A program made the translations under genes and the position numbers. The notes beneath the pieces were generated by a model. That model saw only the letters and a program-made list of their open reading frames with translations. It ran no database searches and was not told where the DNA came from. From assembly GCA_964645645.1 (NCBI GenBank), contig CAZYBC010000006.1:1-63224 (forward strand): DNA of 63,224 nucleotides. The letters are read 5' to 3'. Source of the DNA: an uncultured Pseudomonadales bacterium (lineage in GTDB: Bacteria; Patescibacteriota; Microgenomatia; UBA1400; PJMF01). Each line of letters opens with the position of its first letter. Position 1 is the first letter of the stretch. This document shows positions 9,621 through 19,846 of this stretch, piece after piece.

Positions 9621-10790
9621 ATGGAAATTATAAAACTAACTGATTTACCAGCTAAAAAAATTATCGAACGGGCCTGTGAGGTTTTAGCCCAAGGTGGTTT
9701 GGTGATTTATCCAACTGAGACTGTTTATGGGGTTGGCGTAGATGCTACAAATCAGCAAGCTGTAGATAAATTATTGGCTTATAAATCTCGCCGCGAAGGT
9801 AAACCTTTATCCATTGCTGTAACTGATGAAGAGATGGCTGGTAAATTTGTAAAAATCAATGACCAAGCCCATCATATTTATCAACGTTTTCTACCCGGAC
9901 CTGTCACGGTTGTTTCTAAAGTTAAAGAGCCAAGCCAGCAGCAATTACTTTTAGCCAATGGCGTGGCCAGTGAATTTCAAACCGTAGGGATTAGAATTCC
10001 TGATTTTCCTTTAATTAAAAATTTGGTGCAAGCTTATCAAAAACCAATTACCGCTACTTCGGCTAATGCGTCTGGTGAAAAAAGACCTTATCAGATCAGC
10101 GATATTTTAGAACGACTTTCTAACAAACAAAAAAATTTAATTGATCTAATTATTGATGCTGGTGAGTTACCCAAAAATGAACCTTCTAGTGTAATTGATA
10201 CTACTTTATCTACACCAGTAACTTTGCGGGCTGGAGCGATTAAATTTGAGCAACAACATACTGAACCAAGCAACGAACAACTAAGCCCACTTTTTGAACT
10301 CAAAGCTCGCACCAAATTGTTGTCTAATAATGAACAAGAAACCAGCGATTTAGCTGGTAAATTATTGCTGAAATATTTAGATCAATTAAAAACCACCGGG
10401 TTGGTGATCGGCTTAAATGGTCGTTTGGGAGCTGGTAAAACTATCTTTGCTAAAGGGGCGGCTAAATTTCTTAAAATTACTAATTTATTACGTTCTCCAA
10501 CTTATACTTATTGGTTTGATTATGATTTTACGAGATTTCAAACTAGTGGCAAATTAATTCACGCAGATTTATGGAAAATTGATGATCCACAAATTTTGGA
10601 AAAAATTCAATTAATGGAAAATTTACAAGCTAATCATGTTTTATTAATTGAGTGGTTTAATCAATTAGATAATCAGCAATTAGCTAAAATTGCTCAACAA
10701 CAAGCGCCTTTAATTGTGGTTTCTTTAACTAATACTAATGAAGAAAATTCTCGAGAAATTATCATTGAGGAATATCTTGCTAAAAAATAA
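9621..10790 (+). CDS. tsaC-tsaE: Fused threonylcarbamoyl-AMP synthase (TsaC/YrdC) and TsaE ATPase
   Basis: N-terminal YPTETVYG, KSRREGKPL, TSANASG; C-terminal GRLGAGKT, SPTYT, HADLWKI, LIEW; one uninterrupted frame (ORF track starts at GTG 9618). Confidence 0.9.
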   Translation: MEIIKLTDLPAKKIIERACEVLAQGGLVIYPTETVYGVGVDATNQQAVDKLLAYKSRREGKPLSIAVTDEEMAGKFVKINDQAHHIYQRFLPGPVTVVSKVKEPSQQQLLLANGVASEFQTVGIRIPDFPLIKNLVQAYQKPITATSANASGEKRPYQISDILERLSNKQKNLIDLIIDAGELPKNEPSSVIDTTLSTPVTLRAGAIKFEQQHTEPSNEQLSPLFELKARTKLLSNNEQETSDLAGKLLLKYLDQLKTTGLVIGLNGRLGAGKTIFAKGAAKFLKITNLLRSPTYTYWFDYDFTRFQTSGKLIHADLWKIDDPQILEKIQLMENLQANHVLLIEWFNQLDNQQLAKIAQQQAPLIVVSLTNTNEENSREIIIEEYLAKK

Positions 10791-10791
10791 A

Positions 10792-11934
10792 ATGAACAAA
10801 ATTGCCAAGTCAAACTCCACTTCCGCCTTAATTTTAGCCATTGATACCAGCTGTGATGAAACCAGTGCTAGTGTCGTGCAAGGTACCACAATTTTGAGTA
10901 ATGTTATTGCTTCACAGGTAGAATTGCATAAACCTTATGGCGGAGTTTTCCCCACTATTGCCAAACAAGCCCATCAGGAAAACATTGATCGTACGGTGAA
11001 ATTAGCGTTAAAGAAAGCCCAAATCAATGCTAAAAATTTAACAGCTATTGGCGTCACAGTGGGACCTGGTTTAGCTCCGGCTCTAGAAGTAGGCATTAAC
11101 TACGCTAAAAATTTAGCGCAGCAGTACCAAAAACCATTGCTGGCGATTAATCATTTAGAAGCGCATGCGCTAAGTGTCCTTGCTCAAGCTCAAAAAAAAT
11201 CCGTTCAAACTCAGCCAGCAAAAAATTTACCAACATTAGCTCAACGTTTGCCAGCTTTAGCTGTTATTGTTTCTGGCGGACATTCTGAATTTGTTTATCT
11301 TGATCAAATTGGCCATTATCAAATTTTAGGCCAAACCATTGACGATGCTGTAGGTGAATGTTTAGACAAAGTAGGCAGAATGTTGGAGCTTGGTTATCCA
11401 GCTGGGCCAGTGTTAGAAAAATTAGCTAAACATGGCAATGCGCAAACTTACCAATTTCCTTTACCAATGACAACCAGCCAAGATTTTAATTTAAGTTTTT
11501 CTGGTTTAAAAACAGCGGCTTTTAATAAATTAGAAGCTTTGCAAACAGAACAATTATTAAACAAACAGCAAACTTTAGATTTTGCCGCTAGCTTTCAACA
11601 AGCAGTTTTTCGTCATTTGTTACATAAATTAGAAAAACTACTCCATGCTTTGATAGCCGGAAAAATCAAAAATACTCAACAACAGATTTTAACTCCACCA
11701 AAAGAAATTTGGCTTGGTGGTGGTGTTGCAGCAAATATGACTCTTAGATCAAGCTTAAGAAACATCACTCGTAAATTTAATTTGCCTTTAAAAACCCCTT
11801 ACACTAAAAAGTTATGTGGCGATAATGCAGCCATGATTGGTGTGACTGCTTTCTTAAATCTCAACCAAATTAAAATTGAGCAAGACTGGTCAAAAATTGA
11901 TCGCCAACCTCAACTAAATTTCCCCCAAAAATAA
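10792..11934 (+). CDS. tsaD: tRNA N6-adenosine threonylcarbamoyltransferase TsaD
   Basis: AIDTSCDETS, NHLEAH, VSGGHSE, TIDDAVGECLDK and DNAAMIG motifs; ATG 10792 follows the tsaE stop (ORF track start 10738). Confidence 0.95.
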   Translation: MNKIAKSNSTSALILAIDTSCDETSASVVQGTTILSNVIASQVELHKPYGGVFPTIAKQAHQENIDRTVKLALKKAQINAKNLTAIGVTVGPGLAPALEVGINYAKNLAQQYQKPLLAINHLEAHALSVLAQAQKKSVQTQPAKNLPTLAQRLPALAVIVSGGHSEFVYLDQIGHYQILGQTIDDAVGECLDKVGRMLELGYPAGPVLEKLAKHGNAQTYQFPLPMTTSQDFNLSFSGLKTAAFNKLEALQTEQLLNKQQTLDFAASFQQAVFRHLLHKLEKLLHALIAGKIKNTQQQILTPPKEIWLGGGVAANMTLRSSLRNITRKFNLPLKTPYTKKLCGDNAAMIGVTAFLNLNQIKIEQDWSKIDRQPQLNFPQK

Positions 11935-11942
11935 TTAGACAA

Positions 11943-14015
11943 GTGTTACAATACGAACAAATGCCAAAACTGGCGCCACTTCCTATCATCGGTTTTCCTT
12001 TAGCAACTGGCTGGTCACAAGTTTGTGAAACTAATAACCACCAGGTCTGTTTTGCTTTAGCTATTGCTGGTAATAATGCCACCAATATTGGCAGAGATAT
12101 TAGCCAAAAAATCAAACAAATTACTATTAAAAATGCCCAAGAATTGCATCAATTCTGTTTAGACTTATTAGCCCATATTCATCAGTTGGGCAACCAAATC
12201 CAATTCGCTGGAACTCTATTAGAAGATGGTAAATATACTTTTATCACTTACCAAGGGCTTATTCTTTTAAAAAGAAATCTTAAGGTGGGTGTTATTTTAA
12301 CTTCTGATAAAGAACTAAAATTGATTCAAGGTAGAGCTCAAGAAGATGATAGCCTGGTTTTAGCCACAGCTGATGCTCATTATTTTGTTAAAGAAGCTCA
12401 ATTAAAACTTGAACAAGGTTATCAAGCAGCCATGATTGCTACTAGCTTAGTTACCGGCATTACGAGTTACGAAGATTCGGCAACAATGGCGCTAGCGATA
12501 GTACAGCAACAGAACAGAACCGACCTTGCTAAAATTAGCCAAGAAAAAAACAAAGAATTAACGATTAACCTTGATTTAGATTTTGCTGATCAGCCACCCT
12601 CAACTCAATCCAGTGCAACATCAGAACAAATTGTGACAAAAAGACAGTCTGAAGAAACTTTAATTAATATTGTAGAATCCACAACTGCACTTGATTCTAA
12701 ACAACCAACCACCACAGCTAAAAGTAATAAAACCAGACAAATGGGTTTATTATTAAAAAACCTTAGCCAAAAAATCATTACCACTGTTGGACAAACAGCT
12801 CAAAATTTATTTAGCCTTTTACCTAAAATAAAGAAAGGTTTTTCTTTAAAAAATCAATATATTCAAACTCTACCTAATGATAAAAAACGAAAAATGATTT
12901 TAGTTATTGTTGCTGCGCTTGGTTTAATTTTAGGATCTATTTTTGGATTTAGATGGTTTAAAAATCAACAAATTAAACAAGCTCAAACTAAAATCCAACC
13001 CATGCTCAACCTATTTGCACAAGCTCAACAACTGGTAGACTCAGATCCTTTTCAAGCTAGAACCTTAACTCAAGAATCAATTGATAAACTGCAACAATTA
13101 AGGCCATACTTTGAACACAAACCCTATGCCAAAAAAATTATTGAGGAAAATTTAACCCAACAACGCACTTTTTATGACACCATTTCTGGCAAAGAAGAAT
13201 CACAAAATTTAAATGTATTTTTGGATTTACAACAGCTAGAAAATAATCTGTTAGCTTCTTTAGTAGCAGCTAACGACAATTATTTAATTATCATCGACCA
13301 AGAACAAAAAATTTTATTGCTCGTTGATTTAACTAGCAAACAAAAATATCAATTTTACTTAAGCAAAGAAATTCCAGAATTAAGCGAAGCAAAAATTAAA
13401 GACATTGTGTTAACTTCAGACAGTTTATATCTCTTGGCCAATGGTTTATATCGCTTGCAGTTTGAAATTAATGACCAAGCTCAACTTAAAATTGAGCAGC
13501 TTAAAAAAGAAGGCGATTCTGATAGAGGTGGAACTTTTATTAATAATTATTTAAGCTATTTTTATATTTTTAATCCAGAAAAAAGAAATATTTACCGCTT
13601 TAATTATGACGATGGAGTTTTATCCGAACCAATTGGTTGGTTGATTTCTAAAGAAGGTTTAGACTTCAATCAAATTAATGATATGACTGTTGATGGCGAT
13701 TTGTGGCTTAGCACTAAAGCTGGCCAAATAAAAAAATTCACTAAAGGTTATGAAGATACTGACTTTAAATTAACTGGCTTACCAGAAGAATTAACTAACC
13801 CTTTATACATTTATACCAATGAAAATTTAAACTATGTTTATTTATTTGATCCTCAACAAAGTAAATTAATCAGCATTACTAAAGATGGCAAATTTTATAA
13901 AGAGCTAAAAAGCCGTTCTTTAGCCGGAGTCACACGTTTTGCCATCAGCCCCAAAAATAAACAAATTTTTGCCATTAGTGGCTCAGTGATTTTTGAAATT
14001 CCTCTTGATAACTAA
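11943..14015 (+). CDS. Bitopic membrane protein: degenerate PP2C-like N-domain, low-complexity linker, TM, C-terminal beta-propeller-like region
   Basis: 690 aa; DDSLVLATAD motif, single TM (MILVIVAALGLILGSIFG), beta-rich repeats at the C-terminus. Confidence 0.5.
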   Translation: MLQYEQMPKLAPLPIIGFPLATGWSQVCETNNHQVCFALAIAGNNATNIGRDISQKIKQITIKNAQELHQFCLDLLAHIHQLGNQIQFAGTLLEDGKYTFITYQGLILLKRNLKVGVILTSDKELKLIQGRAQEDDSLVLATADAHYFVKEAQLKLEQGYQAAMIATSLVTGITSYEDSATMALAIVQQQNRTDLAKISQEKNKELTINLDLDFADQPPSTQSSATSEQIVTKRQSEETLINIVESTTALDSKQPTTTAKSNKTRQMGLLLKNLSQKIITTVGQTAQNLFSLLPKIKKGFSLKNQYIQTLPNDKKRKMILVIVAALGLILGSIFGFRWFKNQQIKQAQTKIQPMLNLFAQAQQLVDSDPFQARTLTQESIDKLQQLRPYFEHKPYAKKIIEENLTQQRTFYDTISGKEESQNLNVFLDLQQLENNLLASLVAANDNYLIIIDQEQKILLLVDLTSKQKYQFYLSKEIPELSEAKIKDIVLTSDSLYLLANGLYRLQFEINDQAQLKIEQLKKEGDSDRGGTFINNYLSYFYIFNPEKRNIYRFNYDDGVLSEPIGWLISKEGLDFNQINDMTVDGDLWLSTKAGQIKKFTKGYEDTDFKLTGLPEELTNPLYIYTNENLNYVYLFDPQQSKLISITKDGKFYKELKSRSLAGVTRFAISPKNKQIFAISGSVIFEIPLDN

Positions 14016-14064
14016 AGACCACTTAGCTGACTAAAACGCTGATCTAATGTTATACTAACCAGAG

Positions 14065-14511
14065 ATGATTTTATTGATTAACAAAAAAGCCAGATTTGAT
14101 TACGAAATTACTAAAACCCTACAAGCAGGGATTGCTTTAATTGGAGCAGAAGTTAAATCTTTACGTAATAAATCTGGAAGTTTAAATGGGAGCTTTGTTA
14201 AAATTATTGGTCATGAAGCTTTCCTAATTAATGCACAAATCACTCCTTATAAATTTGCGGATAATCGCCAATATGATCCTAAAAGAACACGCAAATTATT
14301 ACTGAAAAAAAAGGAAATTTACCAATTATTAGAAGCAACCCAACAAAAAAATTGGACCGTGGTCCCATTAAAAATGGAATTATTTGGCAATAAAATCAAA
14401 TTAACTTTAGGTTTAGGTCGTGGTAAAAAACAATTTGAAAAAAGAGCTAAAATTAAAGAGCGTGATGAAAAACGAAAAATTGCCACAATGATCAAAAATC
14501 AAAGAATTTAA
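14065..14511 (+). CDS. smpB: SsrA-binding protein SmpB
   Basis: NKKARFDYEI, AGIALIGAEVKSLR, DPKRTRKLLLKK and GRGKKQFEKR motifs. Confidence 0.97.
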   Translation: MILLINKKARFDYEITKTLQAGIALIGAEVKSLRNKSGSLNGSFVKIIGHEAFLINAQITPYKFADNRQYDPKRTRKLLLKKKEIYQLLEATQQKNWTVVPLKMELFGNKIKLTLGLGRGKKQFEKRAKIKERDEKRKIATMIKNQRI

Positions 14512-14543
14512 GCGCATTGACTGACAATCAAATTCAATAAATT

Positions 14544-16037
14544 ATGCTTAAAAAATTAGCTAATAATTTTGTTTTTTTTCTTCCCTTGCTTATTTTGAGT
14601 TTAATTTATATGTTGAGCTTAATCAGGCCTGTAGATTTAGCTGGTCAAGACTTAGGCAGGCACTTAATCAATGGCCAAGAAATTTTAGCTGGCCATTGGT
14701 CAGTGCTAAAAACTAATTTTTATTCTTATACTCAGCCAGAAGCCAACTTTATTAATCATCATTGGTTAGCTGGAGTAATTTTTTATTTGCTCTACCACTT
14801 CATCAATATCCAAGCCGTAATTATTTTTCATAACCTAATTTTGCTGGGTATGCTACTTAGTTTTTTTAATCTTTTAAAAAAGAAAAGTAATCTATTACTA
14901 GCTTCAGTTTTAACTTTACCAGCAATTTTATTTTTCTTAAACAGATTAGAAGTGCGTCCTGAAACTTTTGGTTATCTATTTATTAGTTTAATTTTAAATA
15001 TTATTTGGCAAGCCCAACATGACCAACAATTAAAAACTCAGCATTTTTGGAGCTTAATTATTATTCAATTTTTATGGGTAAATTTGCATATTAGCTTTGT
15101 ATTTCATTTTTTAATTAGTGCTTTGTGGCTGATTGATTTATGGATCCAGCATCAATCTATAAAAAACAAATTGTTTAAAAAAGTTTTGCTTTTAAATTTA
15201 GCTCTCCTAGGAATTAGTTTGCTTAACCCAAATTTTTTAGCTGGATTATTAGAACCATTAAAAATTTTTACTGATTATGGTTATCCAATTGTAGAAAATA
15301 AAAGTCTATTTTTTCTAAAAAAAGTTCTTAATGATAAATTAGTTTATTCTTATTTACTAACTATTTTAGTAGAAACCATAATTTTCTTTTTTACTCTCAA
15401 AAAACAAAAACCAAATTTTTTTAGCCTGAGTTTGGCTATTATCGGCGGCCTTTTAGCTTTAATCGCTAAAAGGAATATTATTATCTTTGTGTTGTTTAAT
15501 TTCCCTTTGTTGGCCGAAAACTTAAATTGTCTTGTTTCTAAAATTAAAATCAATATTAATCAATTAAAAACCATTTTTGTTAGCTTAAGTCTAATTTACT
15601 TTTTATTTATTCCCCTTATTTTAAGCGGCCAGTTAATTAAAAATATTAATAGCAAAATTTTTTATTTGGGCTTTATCGATAATCAATTTCAAGCTACTGA
15701 TTTTTTTAAAACTCTAAATATTAAAGGTCATATTTTTAACAACTATGATGTAGGCAGTTTATTAATTTTCACTTTGTACCCAGAACAACAAGTTTTTGTG
15801 GATAATCGTCCGGAGGCATATGGAGAAAATTTTTTTCAACAACTTTATATCCCCATGCAAGAAAATGACGCAATTTGGCAGGAGGCTTTGAAAAAATATA
15901 ACTTTCAAGCCATTGTTTTTGGCGCCCGTGACCTAACCAATTGGGGGCAAACTTTTATCGCCGCTCGTCTACAAGATCCAGCCTGGGAATTAGTTTATCA
16001 TGATCCATATTTGCTCATTTTTGTACCAAAGAAATAA
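14544..16037 (+). CDS. Polytopic membrane protein, GT-C-like glycosyltransferase
   Basis: 497 aa; QDLGRHL, NHHWL, RPETF, WVNLH and VFVDNRPEAY motifs. Confidence 0.6.
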   Translation: MLKKLANNFVFFLPLLILSLIYMLSLIRPVDLAGQDLGRHLINGQEILAGHWSVLKTNFYSYTQPEANFINHHWLAGVIFYLLYHFINIQAVIIFHNLILLGMLLSFFNLLKKKSNLLLASVLTLPAILFFLNRLEVRPETFGYLFISLILNIIWQAQHDQQLKTQHFWSLIIIQFLWVNLHISFVFHFLISALWLIDLWIQHQSIKNKLFKKVLLLNLALLGISLLNPNFLAGLLEPLKIFTDYGYPIVENKSLFFLKKVLNDKLVYSYLLTILVETIIFFFTLKKQKPNFFSLSLAIIGGLLALIAKRNIIIFVLFNFPLLAENLNCLVSKIKININQLKTIFVSLSLIYFLFIPLILSGQLIKNINSKIFYLGFIDNQFQATDFFKTLNIKGHIFNNYDVGSLLIFTLYPEQQVFVDNRPEAYGENFFQQLYIPMQENDAIWQEALKKYNFQAIVFGARDLTNWGQTFIAARLQDPAWELVYHDPYLLIFVPKK

Positions 16038-16102
16038 CTCTCCCTTGAAATTCCCCAGCTTTTTCGCTTTAATAGAGCTAATTAACAAAAGGAGAAAAAA
16101 CC

Positions 16103-16342
16103 ATGCCCAAAAAAGTCTTCTGGCCTGTTGCTTTAGTAGTAATGGGGTTTATCATTATTGCTTCAAATCTTGATTTATTACCCCAAGCTTTTAGCGATTT
16201 ATGGCCAATTATCTTAGTTGTCGTAGGCTTAGGAGGCTTAATTACTGCTGATAAAGATGAATGGATGTGTTGTAAAACAAAAACCACTGCTAAAAAGCCA
16301 GTTAAAAAAGCCGCTAGCAGAAAAACAGCTAAAAAGAGATAA
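16103..16342 (+). CDS. Small two-TM protein (DUF5668/LiaF-like) with a Lys/Ala-rich tail
   Basis: 79 aa; SD AAGGAG; two hydrophobic helices with LWPIIL, then TAKKPVKKAASRKTAKKR. Confidence 0.7.
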   Translation: MPKKVFWPVALVVMGFIIIASNLDLLPQAFSDLWPIILVVVGLGGLITADKDEWMCCKTKTTAKKPVKKAASRKTAKKR

Positions 16343-16394
16343 ATAAAAACTAACAAATCAACATGAAGATGCCAGTCAATCGCTGGCATCTTTT

Positions 16395-17102
16395 ATGAAA
16401 GAACTTATGAGTCAATTTTTTCATATTGCCATTGATGGACCAGTTGCGGCTGGCAAAGGCACTGTTTCTAGACTAGTAGCAGAAAAATTAGGTTTTTTAT
16501 ATGTTGATACTGGTGCTATGTATCGCATGACTGCTTTACTGTGTTTAGAACAAGGCGTTGATATGAATAATGAGCAAGCTGTAGCGGATCTTGTAGAAAA
16601 AACCACTATGGAAATGAGAAACCCTACCAAAGAAGAGCAAGATGGTCGTCTCACAACGGTTTTTATGAATGGCGAAGATGTCTCCTGGAAAATTAGAACT
16701 CAAGAAGTTAGCCAAGGTTCTTCTCAAGTCGCGGTTCACCCTTTAGTCAGAAAAATTTTAGTGAAAAAGCAACAAGAGATTGCTGCTGGTCAAAATGTGA
16801 TTATGGAAGGCCGAGATATTACTTTTAAAGTTTTACCTCAAGCTCAACTAAAAATCTTTTTAACCGCCAACGATACTATCAGGGCTAAAAGAAGACATCA
16901 ACAACTTTTAGTAAAAGGAATTGATTCTAGATTTGATGATGTTTATAAAGAACTCAAAGAACGAGATGAACGAGACTTAAGCCGTGACACTGATCCCTTG
17001 CACATTGTTGAAGATGCTTGGGTCATTGATACCAGTGATTTATCCATTGAAAAAGTGGTTGATTTAATTGTTAATAAAGCCCGCTTAATGCTAAATAGCT
17101 AA
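16395..17102 (+). CDS. cmk: Cytidylate kinase, bacterial type (start may be ATG 16410)
   Basis: IAIDGPVAAGKGT, YVDTGAMYR, MEGRDI and IDTSDLSI motifs. Confidence 0.95.
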   Translation: MKELMSQFFHIAIDGPVAAGKGTVSRLVAEKLGFLYVDTGAMYRMTALLCLEQGVDMNNEQAVADLVEKTTMEMRNPTKEEQDGRLTTVFMNGEDVSWKIRTQEVSQGSSQVAVHPLVRKILVKKQQEIAAGQNVIMEGRDITFKVLPQAQLKIFLTANDTIRAKRRHQQLLVKGIDSRFDDVYKELKERDERDLSRDTDPLHIVEDAWVIDTSDLSIEKVVDLIVNKARLMLNS

Positions 17103-17125
17103 ACTAATCAATTTTTTTACCGACT

Positions 17126-17335
17126 ATGTTTAAAAAACACGATAATTTCGATGAACAAGATCTTTTGGATGAAGAAGAATCACTCAAACAGCAAGAAAAA
17201 TCAGAAGCAAAAAAATTAAAACCTAAAAATCCAAAAAAAGATTTAGAACAAATTGAATTTAAACAAAAATTAGTTGCACCACTAATTTTATTAATTAGTA
17301 TTTTAATTTCTTTAATTTTTTATCTTCTAAGCTGA
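17126..17335 (+). CDS. Small tail-anchored hypothetical protein
   Basis: 69 aa; charged N-terminus and C-terminal hydrophobic helix; follows cmk. Confidence 0.55.
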   Translation: MFKKHDNFDEQDLLDEEESLKQQEKSEAKKLKPKNPKKDLEQIEFKQKLVAPLILLISILISLIFYLLS

Positions 17336-17382
17336 GTTGAAAATAAAAAATCAAAATTTTACTCGCCGCGCTATTTTTTAAA

Positions 17383-19782
17383 CTAAAAACGCTGAATTTG
17401 CCTACCTTGCAAAATTTGATTACGAACTGATGGAACTACATTTTTACTATAGTTACTAAAAAAAGCTGGATTGCAAGCTTTTCTTGGTTCTTGCCCTAAT
17501 TCGAATAATTCTTCTGCCACAGTTGGGCAACCTAAACAAGGTAAGGTGCCGGTTTGCGTACAAACTTTTACTTTAATTAATCCTTCTGGCAAAGTAAATT
17601 TATGCGGATTATTTTGATCTAACAATAAACGCATAATGCTATTCCAAATTGGTGAAGCACCAGTTACACCAGAAGCGATATAACTCATTGGCGTATTATC
17701 ATTATTACCTACCCAAACAGCCACCAAACGATCAGCAGTATAACCAATTGTCCAGTTATCGCGTAGGCTATTAGTGGTGCCAGTCTTAACCGCCACTTCT
17801 TGATTAGGAATATATAAAACAGAACGTGGGCCAAAGGCCGGCGTACGCGCAGTATTGTCAGCTAAAATATCTGTAATTTGATAAGCTGTTTTAGCAGAAA
17901 AATTTTTAACTTTAAAACAATTATTTTCAAACACGCATTCATTACGATATAAAACTTCGCCTTTATAGTTACGAACTTCTAAAATTGGATTTAAATCAAC
18001 AGTTTCCCCTGAATTGGCAAAAGTGCCATAAAGCTTAGCCATTTCTGTCATTAGCACTTCACCGCCACCTAAAGTAAGTGACAAGCCAAAACGCTTCCGA
18101 TCCTGCCAAGTAGTAAAACCAATCGCTTCTGCTTTATCTATCATTGTCTCAACCCCAATACTAGCTAAAGTTTTTACAGCCGGGATATTGTAAGAAGAAC
18201 CCAACGCCTGACGAATACTAACTTTGCCATGATATTTACTATCATAATTTTGCGGAGCATACACTGGACTACCAGCTACTTGATATGAAACCGGCGCATC
18301 TTCAATCATCGTACTAGGAGTCTGACCCTGTTCAAAGGCAATAGCATAAGTCAGTGGCTTAATTGAAGAACCAGGCTGACGCGGGCGTAACACCACATTT
18401 ACTTGACCATCATGGGCAAAATCAAAATAATCTTTACTACCCACCATCGCTAGAATTTCTCCAGTTTTAGGGTTAGTTACTAAGGCTGCCCCATTATTAA
18501 CTCTTAGACCATGCAAAGCATTAACCTGAGAAGTAATTTCTTGCTGTGCCGCTGTTTGTAAATCTAAATCTAAAGTTGTCCGTACTTCTAAACCACCTGT
18601 ATTAAGTAAGTCTTCACTAAACTGTTCCGCTAAAATTTTTTTGATATACATCACAAAATGAGGAGCCTTAATATCAATAGAATCCATTCTAAAATTAAGA
18701 CTTTGACTAAGCGCAGCTTGTTTTTGTTCTGGAGTAATATAAGCATCTTCAACCATACGCCGCAAAACTTCTTCCTGACGCATATAAGCTAATTCTGGAT
18801 TAGCTCCAAAGGGTGAATACTGACTTGGTGACTGTGGCAAACCAGCCAATAAAGCCCCTTCAGCCAAAGTTAAATCACTAGCAGGCTTATTAAAATAACG
18901 CCAGGCAGCTTCTTCGATACCATAAGTAGCACCCCCATAAGGCACTTGATTAAGATACATTTCCAGAATTTCATCTTTAGAATAAGTTCCCTCCACTAAA
19001 ATTGACAATAACAGTTCTCTAACTTTGCGTTTCATGGTGCGCTCAGAGGTCAATAAACGGTTTTTAACTAATTGTTGGGTAATGGTTGAACCACCTTGCA
19101 AAGAATCCTCGTGAGTGGCATTAGAAAACACAGCTCTAACAATGCCTCGAATAGAAAAACCGTGATGGCGATAAAATTCTTTATCTTCAATGGAGATGGT
19201 AGCCTGAATCACATAAGGGGGAATTTGTTGAAGAGGAATAGGTGTCCGATTTTCGTCTTCATAAATTTGATAAAGTAAATTACCGTTTCGATCCATAATT
19301 CTAGTGCTAACAACCTGATCTTTACGAGTTAAATCTAAAGGCGAGGGTAATTTTAAAAATAACAAATCATAAATCTGCCAAAAACTACCTAAAATACCAT
19401 AGGCCAAGAGAACAGAATAAAAAATTCTGCGCTCTAACTTGTTAGTATTCCAAGTAAAAAGTTTAAAAAATTGTTCTGGCCAATAAAAAACTTTTCGCCA
19501 AAAATTTAAAGATTGAGAAAAAACTACTACCGGCTTAGTAGCTAATTGCGTTTTGACTAACTTTTGATGCTTTTTTTTAGCTTTTGAGCTTTTTGGAGAT
19601 TTTTTGATTGCTTTAGCAAATTTCCAATGACTAAAACCAGAAAAAAAAGCTTGTTGGTTAACTCGCTTTTGCAATTTTTTATAACGCTTTACAAGCAAAA
19701 ACCACTGTTTTTTAGTGGTTTTTTTATAGTTTTTGATCTCTTTTTTTATACTAAAATTTTTTATAAGTCTATCCAAAAACAT
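17383..19782 (-). CDS. Class A (bifunctional) penicillin-binding protein
   Basis: EDKEFYRHHG, GGSTITQQLVKN, RKVRE; transpeptidase GSSIKP, SYN and KTGT; ATG 19782 chosen because TGC-TATTAT lies 7 nt upstream (ORF track start 19803). Confidence 0.95.
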   Translation of the reverse strand: MFLDRLIKNFSIKKEIKNYKKTTKKQWFLLVKRYKKLQKRVNQQAFFSGFSHWKFAKAIKKSPKSSKAKKKHQKLVKTQLATKPVVVFSQSLNFWRKVFYWPEQFFKLFTWNTNKLERRIFYSVLLAYGILGSFWQIYDLLFLKLPSPLDLTRKDQVVSTRIMDRNGNLLYQIYEDENRTPIPLQQIPPYVIQATISIEDKEFYRHHGFSIRGIVRAVFSNATHEDSLQGGSTITQQLVKNRLLTSERTMKRKVRELLLSILVEGTYSKDEILEMYLNQVPYGGATYGIEEAAWRYFNKPASDLTLAEGALLAGLPQSPSQYSPFGANPELAYMRQEEVLRRMVEDAYITPEQKQAALSQSLNFRMDSIDIKAPHFVMYIKKILAEQFSEDLLNTGGLEVRTTLDLDLQTAAQQEITSQVNALHGLRVNNGAALVTNPKTGEILAMVGSKDYFDFAHDGQVNVVLRPRQPGSSIKPLTYAIAFEQGQTPSTMIEDAPVSYQVAGSPVYAPQNYDSKYHGKVSIRQALGSSYNIPAVKTLASIGVETMIDKAEAIGFTTWQDRKRFGLSLTLGGGEVLMTEMAKLYGTFANSGETVDLNPILEVRNYKGEVLYRNECVFENNCFKVKNFSAKTAYQITDILADNTARTPAFGPRSVLYIPNQEVAVKTGTTNSLRDNWTIGYTADRLVAVWVGNNDNTPMSYIASGVTGASPIWNSIMRLLLDQNNPHKFTLPEGLIKVKVCTQTGTLPCLGCPTVAEELFELGQEPRKACNPAFFSNYSKNVVPSVRNQILQGRQIQRF

Positions 19783-19846
19783 CAAAAATATAATAGCACG
19801 CAAAAATAAAAATGGTGGAAGTAAAAGGTGTGTAAAAGACCAATAA

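Noticed and set aside
14512-14543. tmRNA (ssrA) beside smpB
   Set aside because: The spacer is too short and no tRNA-like ends are seen anywhere in the window
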